Positions 46,380 to 52,704 of a DNA stretch of 64,000 bases are shown in pieces. Each line of letters starts with the position of its first letter. Position 1 is the first letter of the stretch. The position numbers were made by a program, and so were the translations under genes. This DNA comes from an uncultured virus (IMG/VR IMGVR_UViG_2061766007_000036). Taxonomy: Duplodnaviria; Heunggongvirae; Uroviricota; Caudoviricetes. The notes under the pieces are model-generated. The model was not told the DNA's origin. It was given only the letters and a program-made list of their open reading frames with translations, and did no database searches. The stretch is from IMG/VR virus record IMGVR_UViG_2061766007_000036; one strand, given 5' to 3'.

Positions 46380-46412
46380 TTACAGTTCCTCCTTCCCTTT
46401 TTATTCAGCTCT

Positions 46413-46441
46413 ATTATACCACAAATTGCCGAATATGTCAA
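46413..46441 (-). promoter_or_regulatory. sigmaA/70 consensus promoter with extended -10
   Basis: TTGACA (46441-46436), 17 nt, TATAAT (46418-46413), preceded by TGTGG. Confidence 0.85.
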
Positions 46442-46458
46442 CAGATATTTTGTAACAA

Positions 46459-48501
46459 TCAGTAATTCCTAATTATTCTAATACCCGCTTCGAGCAATTT
46501 TCTATATGATTCAGCACTAAGCGTATTATACGCTTCTTTGGAATGGAAATATACCGCTGTTGCGTCATGGTATGTAATCGTTCCATGATATTGGAGTTCG
46601 AGGTAACCCGTGCCAAAGCGTCTGTAGAAATCATCTACGCTTTTTATTTCGCCTCTTGCAAGCGCTTTGATTCCTTCAGCAGAGGAACTTCTGCACCATC
46701 CTGTAGATATCAGTCCGTGGTAGGTCGGATGGCTTCCATCAAGTCCAGGAACCATACTTCTTCCGTGAACAGGCCCCAAGGAGTCTAATGCGGTATAAGA
46801 AACTCTCCCGTCGAGACGTTCTTTGTCAAACGTGAATGTAACCCCACGATATCCGCCGTATCCGCTCAGTTCTTTGCGCTCTATTTTTTCCTGTGAGTTT
46901 AAATGACCGTACTTTTCCATACTTGCAGAGCGTGCTCTCGGTGGTGTACCAAAACCATTCTCAGACATCTCTCTTCGACTGCTCCAATCATGGCTTCCGT
47001 GACCCGTTTTCGTCTCGATACCGTTTTTGAAACGTTCTGCAACAATGTCGTTAACAACACTCGAAGGAGAGTCCATACTCAGTTCATTTCCTTCGATTAG
47101 CGCCTTTAGACTCTCGTTGGCACGTTCCAAAGTTTCTTCAGTAATTCCGTTATCACGAAGAAACGACTGTGTTCTGCTCTCTCGCATAAACTCGTCTCTT
47201 CGTTCATCGTACTTTGAAGTCATTGTAACAGGAGTCGCTGTTTCGTGCGGATGAAGTTCGTTGTTAATCTGTCGAAGAGAATCCCGATTAGCTTCCATTT
47301 CTTTTTCAATCTGTAAGCGAAGTGCTTCTCTTTCCGCTTCAGACATTGGAGTGGAATCCAATCTGTTCAGCATGTCTTCCATATCTTTAAGATTCGGGTC
47401 TTTCTCTACAAGTTTTGCCCCTTCCTTAGCACGCTCTTCGATTGCCACTTTTTCTCGTGCGATTCTCTCTTCTTCTGCTTTGCGTCGTAATTCCTCTTCT
47501 CTTGCTTTACGCTCTGCTTCCCGTTTCTCTCGCTCCTCTCTCTCTTTTCGTTCACGCTCTGCTTTTTCTCGTTCTCTTACTTCTTTTTCCGCCTTCCAAG
47601 TCTCTTTGTCCTTGAACTCTCCATCTTTGGGGGCATCAACAGACTCTGCTTTGCCAGTGGCAATCAGATGCGCAAGTCCTCCGGATTTGCCAGAGAAGTT
47701 CTCTGTCGGCTTGTCAGAATACCTTCCCTTGATATCTCCGCCCTCTTTCATAAACTTAGCGTCTTTATACTCGGGCGTTGTTATCTTCGTTCCCTCGGGC
47801 ATCCGCTCAATTAGTTCTTCTGCCTCTTTGTGGGCTTCTGTAGCCGATATTTCTCCTCTTGCGGCTCTATCGGCAATATCTTTTATTTCTTCTTTAATCC
47901 TATCCGATGTGCTTTTTACCGCACTCGTCTTTGACTCTTCTGTCTTCTTTTCCGCTTCTCTACGTGTTTCTGCGGCTTTTCGTGCTTCTTCCGCTTTTCG
48001 TGCTTCTTCAGCCTTCCGAGCCGTTTCCTTTCGTTCTTCCTCTCTTTTTCTGTACTCTTCTACTCTTCTTGCCCGTTCTTCTGTCTCTTTTTTTCTTGCT
48101 TCTTCCCGCTCTTTCTTGCGAGTCTCTTCAGCTTTCTTCTTTTCACGGGATTCTTTGGCTTTGGCGCTCTTTGTTTCCTTGCCCATCTTTTCCGCTTTCT
48201 TAGCGGCTTCTCTTATATCCGCTTTCGTCCCTGTGCGTTTCGCTTCTGTGGCTCTTTTCGCAAGATAATCATATCCTTTCTTAGAGCCCTGCCCACGGAA
48301 GATAGCCATACTGTCTTTGACATTCATTCCCGTCTCGGAATGATAAATTTCCCACGCCTCTGACGGTGTGCATTTATCGGGCAGGTCAATCCCCGCCTCT
48401 TCGCAAAGGTAATAAGGAAGGTGAAGAGAAGCGTCTCCACCATCCATATGCGAAACCAACCGTCTGCGTCGTCTGTCTTTGTATTGTGATATTTTGTCCA
48501 T
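46459..48501 (-). CDS. Leader-bearing putative virion cargo; charged coiled coil plus C-terminal DUF3626-like (ADP-ribosyltransferase-like) domain
   Basis: YKDRRRRRL leader; C-terminal RFK..IET.T..G...R...FG...KYG.L...YG...RVSYT..DS...YLELQYHG. Confidence 0.55.
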   Translation of the reverse strand: MDKISQYKDRRRRRLVSHMDGGDASLHLPYYLCEEAGIDLPDKCTPSEAWEIYHSETGMNVKDSMAIFRGQGSKKGYDYLAKRATEAKRTGTKADIREAAKKAEKMGKETKSAKAKESREKKKAEETRKKEREEARKKETEERARRVEEYRKREEERKETARKAEEARKAEEARKAAETRREAEKKTEESKTSAVKSTSDRIKEEIKDIADRAARGEISATEAHKEAEELIERMPEGTKITTPEYKDAKFMKEGGDIKGRYSDKPTENFSGKSGGLAHLIATGKAESVDAPKDGEFKDKETWKAEKEVREREKAERERKEREEREKREAERKAREEELRRKAEEERIAREKVAIEERAKEGAKLVEKDPNLKDMEDMLNRLDSTPMSEAEREALRLQIEKEMEANRDSLRQINNELHPHETATPVTMTSKYDERRDEFMRESRTQSFLRDNGITEETLERANESLKALIEGNELSMDSPSSVVNDIVAERFKNGIETKTGHGSHDWSSRREMSENGFGTPPRARSASMEKYGHLNSQEKIERKELSGYGGYRGVTFTFDKERLDGRVSYTALDSLGPVHGRSMVPGLDGSHPTYHGLISTGWCRSSSAEGIKALARGEIKSVDDFYRRFGTGYLELQYHGTITYHDATAVYFHSKEAYNTLSAESYRKLLEAGIRIIRNY

Positions 48502-48518
48502 TTAATCACCACACAGAA

Positions 48519-48544
48519 AGAGGGCTACCTTTCGGTAACCCTCT
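48519..48544 (-). terminator. Hairpin/terminator after 48559-48927
   Basis: AGAGGGTTACC-GAAA-GGTAGCCCTCT then TTCT. Confidence 0.6.
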
Positions 48545-48558
48545 CAGTAATCGGTTTA

Positions 48559-48927
48559 TTACTCGTCGTCTTCTGCGAACGCAATCCTCCACCGCAGATA
48601 CTTCTCATCGTCCTGCGTATCCTGCATAACAGTTCTGAGGCGCTCGCTCAGTTTCACGTCAAGTCCGTACCGCTTCTTGAGGTCTTCCTCAAGTTCCTCA
48701 ACACTTCTGTCTCTGAAGTAGTTTTCGGGAACAGCCGTTGCAATTGACAGGTCACTGTCTTCGGGAGTAATCGTGAACATTACCTTCTCGTAAATGTCCT
48801 TCTCCTCGTCTGTCATCTGCTTCCACTGTTCTCTGTGCCTCTTGTGGAGCTCCTGGTCGGCGAAGTCGAAACTCACCTTCGAGTCATCATAAGGCTCTTT
48901 CATCTTAAAAACATCAATTTCTGCCAT
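48559..48927 (-). CDS. Small acidic protein; candidate partner of 48943-49677
   Basis: AAGGAGG RBS within 15-nt gap; D/E-rich. Confidence 0.7.
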   Translation of the reverse strand: MAEIDVFKMKEPYDDSKVSFDFADQELHKRHREQWKQMTDEEKDIYEKVMFTITPEDSDLSIATAVPENYFRDRSVEELEEDLKKRYGLDVKLSERLRTVMQDTQDDEKYLRWRIAFAEDDE

Positions 48928-48942
48928 ATCGGTTCTTCCTCC

Positions 48943-49677
48943 TTATCTGTATCCTTTTCTGAGAAGTCTGTCTTTCGCTTCTTTTGTGGTTCTTCCGTGA
49001 TATACATTCCTCATGCTCGTGCTCTTTCCTCGCTTCTTGTCTCCCATGATATCCTTGCTTGCGGTCTTATTAAGGGATTTAACAGAAGCGGTGCTCTGTG
49101 CCATCTTCATAGCGTGGTTGTAGTACGCAGAGCCCTTCGTCATCTTTCCTTCTTTAACCATGCGGTCGATGACATCCTTGTTCCACGCCGTCTTGCGGTC
49201 AAGAGCTCTTTCTGCGCCCTTTTCTGAGCCCGTCATCTTGTTGAGTGTGTCGGTAATACGGCGAACCTCGTATCTGTCCTTATCCGCCTTTGCCTGCTCC
49301 AACCGCTGTTTCAGACCGTCATGCCATCCTTCGGGAATCTTCCGTCCGTGAGAATCAAGGATGTAATTTCCCTTGTCATCCTTCTTCCACAGTTTGTTCC
49401 CGAACTCGTCAACCGTCTGATGCCCGTTAATAATCTGAGCACGAGAAGTATACTTGGGAGCATTTCCCGACGTTCCTTTTGTTCCCGCTTTAAATCGGTC
49501 GTTCTCGATGCGGTAGGCGTTTCCACCGCCGGGAGCAGAGCCTCCTCGCACACCGGGAACACCTACGTGCCCCCAATGCCCGGAGCCAGGCCCTCCGTCT
49601 TTCCTTGGGGCTTCTTTGCTGTCAAGTCTCGCCTGTCTGCGTTTGTGATAGGCGATAATTACTTTCTTTTCGTCCAT
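48943..49677 (-). CDS. Leader-bearing basic putative virion cargo protein
   Basis: YHKRRQARLD leader; DGGPGSGHWGHVGVPGVRGGS motif; GGAGGAG RBS. Confidence 0.65.
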   Translation of the reverse strand: MDEKKVIIAYHKRRQARLDSKEAPRKDGGPGSGHWGHVGVPGVRGGSAPGGGNAYRIENDRFKAGTKGTSGNAPKYTSRAQIINGHQTVDEFGNKLWKKDDKGNYILDSHGRKIPEGWHDGLKQRLEQAKADKDRYEVRRITDTLNKMTGSEKGAERALDRKTAWNKDVIDRMVKEGKMTKGSAYYNHAMKMAQSTASVKSLNKTASKDIMGDKKRGKSTSMRNVYHGRTTKEAKDRLLRKGYR

Positions 49678-49736
49678 ATAGTCTCCTCCATAAGTTATCT
49701 TTTTTGCACGATAACGCTGAAGGGACTGTTTCCGTT

Positions 49737-50564
49737 TTAACTTGTAGCGTTATCGCCGTAATACCTGTTTACTATCGTTTTTAGCACTGAATCAAGGTGC
49801 TTTAGTGCTCCATCATGAAGTTCCTGCGGAACGCCGTAGAAGTATTCTGCAACGCCGCCCGCAATTGCGCCTGTCGTATCGCAGTCACCGCCAATGTACA
49901 CGCAGTTCCTTATCGCATCTTCGAAGCTCTCGCTCTCGAAGAAACACACAAGAGCCTGTGGCACGCTGTACGGAGCCCATTCTCTAAACTCGGTGTCTCC
50001 TATTGCCTTCTTGTACGTTCTGCGCAAGTCTTCTACATGCATGTCAGCAATCTCGGGGTAATACCTTTCCTCAATCATCTTGCGAATCTGTTCTTTGGTA
50101 TGACCTTTCTTTGCGTACCAACACGCCATTGCCGTGGCTTCCGCCGCCTTCAACCCTTCGGGGTGGTCGTGGGAAATGACCGTCATGTCGTGCACCATCT
50201 TCTTGAGTTCTTTCACACTGTTCGCATATCTCGCAACAGGCGAAATCCTCATCGCCGCCCCGTTCCCCAAACTGTTCAACGACTGTGGGTCTTCCGCAAA
50301 AATCCATCGAAAGAATCTCGCTCCGTACCCGCAATAAGGGTAACACTGTCCAACAGCCTGCATCGTCTGAATCGTTTTCTCCTGCAAGTCGCTGTAGTCA
50401 CCATCAGCATTCATCAGTGTCATCGCCACGGCACACGTCATCACAGTATCATCCGTAAAATTGTGTCCCTTGCCGAAGAACTTGAAGTCTTTCTTCCGCC
50501 TGTTGTTGAACTCATACTTGCTTCCCGCAATGTCTCCAATAATCGCTCCTATCAAATGCATCAT
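49737..50564 (-). CDS. ADP-ribosylglycohydrolase (ARH/DraG family)
   Basis: GAIIGDIAGS; FTDDTVMT; GNGAAMRISP; SH.HPEG; GGDCDT.GAIAG. Confidence 0.93.
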   Translation of the reverse strand: MMHLIGAIIGDIAGSKYEFNNRRKKDFKFFGKGHNFTDDTVMTCAVAMTLMNADGDYSDLQEKTIQTMQAVGQCYPYCGYGARFFRWIFAEDPQSLNSLGNGAAMRISPVARYANSVKELKKMVHDMTVISHDHPEGLKAAEATAMACWYAKKGHTKEQIRKMIEERYYPEIADMHVEDLRRTYKKAIGDTEFREWAPYSVPQALVCFFESESFEDAIRNCVYIGGDCDTTGAIAGGVAEYFYGVPQELHDGALKHLDSVLKTIVNRYYGDNATS

Positions 50565-50589
50565 CTTCCTTTCTCAGTTCGTCCTCTAT

Positions 50590-50618
50590 ATTATAACATA
50601 TGTTGACAGAGTTGTCAA
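50590..50618 (-). promoter_or_regulatory. sigmaA/70 consensus promoter for ARH gene, with palindrome GTTGACA-N4-TGTCAAC over -35
   Basis: TTGACA (50618-50613), 17 nt, TATAAT (50595-50590), TG at extended -10. Confidence 0.85.
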
Positions 50619-50627
50619 CCGTGTTCT

Positions 50628-50876
50628 TTATCTATTCTTCTTTCTCCACTCTTCCAAGTACTTGTTCAAGTCATCTGGCTTCGGGTATGCCGTCCCAAAC
50701 TTCTCGTATAACTCTCTGTGAAAATTCAGACTGAACAGGTTTTCCCCGTTCTCGTCCGGGTTTTCTTCGTCCATAGAAATGTCCATCCACCCGCACACGG
50801 GGCAGTCTCCGTTGCTGTTGTGGTATTTAAACTCATGTTTCCCACATACCGGGCATTTGTGTCTTCTCTCTATCAT
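50628..50876 (-). CDS. CPCC-like cysteine-rich protein; candidate immunity partner
   Basis: CPVCG...CPVCGW...NP....G.N..SLN; ATGA overlap with upstream toxin-like gene. Confidence 0.75.
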   Translation of the reverse strand: MIERRHKCPVCGKHEFKYHNSNGDCPVCGWMDISMDEENPDENGENLFSLNFHRELYEKFGTAYPKPDDLNKYLEEWRKKNR

Positions 50877-51571
50877 TTTTTCTTCTTTCCTCCTTTTCCT
50901 CCGCTTCCTCCGCTTTTCTTAACACGTCCGTCGTCGCCCTTGTCCTCTTCCAATTTGTCCTTGTAATACTGCATTGCCAACGGTAACCAATTCTTATTAA
51001 TCCCTTTTGACGGGTCTCGAGAATCCTTCAAATACTTTGCCTGCATTCCTGTTGCAATCTTCATTCCTGGATATCCTTTTGCAAAGAAGCCTGTAGTCGT
51101 GTCGAATCTCACTACGCCGGTCACTTCGTGTCCCCACAAATCCGCTTTGAACGTGTATCCCCATATCTTGGGACTTGTGGGTTGCTGAAGAAAGTCATCG
51201 ACAGCCTTCGCATATTCTTCCTTGCTCATACCCTCGAATATGGGTTCGTGCTGTGCGTGTATGCCGTAGTGTTCGTCCTCTAAATACCTGTTCGCAAACC
51301 CAACGCAAGACGGATTGGCTCCTCGTGGGGTAATCTGCATTCCTTCTTGCGGATGTTTTTCGGTTTCTCCGTTCTTCTGTTCCTCTTCACGCTTTTCTTT
51401 GTTCTCTGCTTGTTCGCTGTCTGGAACCTCGCCAAACTGCCCGTTCTTTTCACGAGGTTGGCTGTCGTTGTAATCCAACCTCATCTGCCTGCGTTTGCGA
51501 TAGGCTTCTACTATAGCATAATCACGGAGCCTTTGCTTTACTCGTTCCTTGTATCTTTCGACTATTCCCAT
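50873..51571 (-). CDS. Leader-bearing cargo with RNase-toxin-like C-terminal domain
   Basis: Leader twice; QPR..NGQFGE; GF.....H...H....EEY...DFL..P...GY...VRFD..T..F..G.P...I.T...YY. Confidence 0.55.
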   Translation of the reverse strand: MGIVERYKERVKQRLRDYAIVEAYRKRRQMRLDYNDSQPREKNGQFGEVPDSEQAENKEKREEEQKNGETEKHPQEGMQITPRGANPSCVGFANRYLEDEHYGIHAQHEPIFEGMSKEEYAKAVDDFLQQPTSPKIWGYTFKADLWGHEVTGVVRFDTTTGFFAKGYPGMKIATGMQAKYLKDSRDPSKGINKNWLPLAMQYYKDKLEEDKGDDGRVKKSGGSGGKGGKKKK

Positions 51572-51704
51572 TTCTCACAAAATCTCCTTGCTCAGATTTT
51601 GCCATATCTCCAATTGTCGTTATCTCTCCGACGAATTTCCCTTCAATCCACGCTTCCGCCTTCCCATTCTTCTCGTTTCTTCTAATTTCTACCATTGGAT
51701 TCAC
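51522..51704 (-). CDS. Small protein coupled to ART-like gene; candidate partner
   Basis: Start overlaps stop of 51701 gene; EAW..GK.VGEI.T.GD. Confidence 0.5.
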   Translation of the reverse strand: MNPMVEIRRNEKNGKAEAWIEGKFVGEITTIGDMAKSEQGDFVRNGNSRKIQGTSKAKAP

Positions 51705-52663
51705 GGCTCCTTGAAGATTACCTTTGTTCTGTTTAAAACGATAATGTAATTGGACGACTCAACGTGAATGGCATCATATCCTAGTAACGTGGCTGAAACT
51801 CCAACGTCTCCTTTCATCCCCCGTTCACGCATCTCTCTTCCAATCTCATTGTACGTACCTATTTTTGCGTCTGCGCTCATTGTAAATGTCTCAATGTGCG
51901 ACTTGGCTCCACTAAAGGAATACTTGATAGACTCCGCTGTTGTCCTAAGTTCTTTCATTCCTTCGTTGCCAAGTTCTCTTTTTACTACAGATATCTCCTC
52001 TTTACTCGGATGCCCAAGTCCGACTTGCGATTGCAGAAAAGAACGAACAGCCCGCTCTTTGTCTCCGCTTAGTCCCTTGTTTTTAATATATGATTCCACC
52101 ATACGAGATTTTTCTTCGTCGGAAGCATATTGTCCTCCGCTTTTCTTCCCATTTAGAATCATGTAATCTCTGATTTCGTTCTTTATACCGTCGCTCAGAT
52201 TCCCGTTCATGTCAACGCATCCATACATCCCTTGCCCGTAGGCAGAACCGCCTTCTGAACAATCGACATACCATTTTCCGTCGTATAATTCTCTACGGTA
52301 TGCGTCCAACGTTTCTTGGTCTGCCGCAGAATATGTTCTCTGCGCAACGAGCCCCTTCCCGCCGTTTGCTTCTTTTACGGCATCCTCAAATTCTTTTGCC
52401 GAAACAACCTTCGGCTTCCCGTCGAACCCTTGCGCATTAATTGCGTCGTCTATCGCAAAAGAGAACTCGTCGCTCCTCCTTTGCCACGTGCTTGATATGT
52501 CCTTCCCTTGAGCGACCGTTCCTTCTCTCGCTCCGTCTTTTTCGCTGTCAGCAACCTCCCCAAACCTTCCGTTCTCGTCTCTAGGTTGGTCTGGAGAGTA
52601 GTCTTTATTGAAACTAGAGAGTCTCTTTTCTCGCCTTTCTCTATATCTTTCGACTATACCCAT
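51701..52663 (-). CDS. Leader-bearing cargo with ADP-ribosyltransferase-like domain
   Basis: MGIVERYRERREKRL leader; QPRDENGRF; GFDG.P.VV...QRT...G..YGQGMY...LGYDAI.V...Y..VLNRT. Confidence 0.6.
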   Translation of the reverse strand: MGIVERYRERREKRLSSFNKDYSPDQPRDENGRFGEVADSEKDGAREGTVAQGKDISSTWQRRSDEFSFAIDDAINAQGFDGKPKVVSAKEFEDAVKEANGGKGLVAQRTYSAADQETLDAYRRELYDGKWYVDCSEGGSAYGQGMYGCVDMNGNLSDGIKNEIRDYMILNGKKSGGQYASDEEKSRMVESYIKNKGLSGDKERAVRSFLQSQVGLGHPSKEEISVVKRELGNEGMKELRTTAESIKYSFSGAKSHIETFTMSADAKIGTYNEIGREMRERGMKGDVGVSATLLGYDAIHVESSNYIIVLNRTKVIFKEP

Positions 52664-52690
52664 TATACCACATTCCTTACCATATGTCAA
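52662..52690 (-). promoter_or_regulatory. sigmaA/70 consensus promoter overlapping the ATG of the 51701-52663 gene
   Basis: TTGACA (52690-52685), 17 nt, TATAAT (52667-52662), preceded by TGTGG; TGTCAA-N6-TTGACA inverted repeat at 52685-52702. Confidence 0.75.
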
Positions 52691-52704
52691 CAGAGATTGA
52701 CAGA

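Noticed and set aside
44227..48268. Plus-strand ORFs 44227-45342 and 47261-48268
   Set aside because: Their L/F/S-rich translations are mirror images of E/K/R-rich minus-strand proteins.
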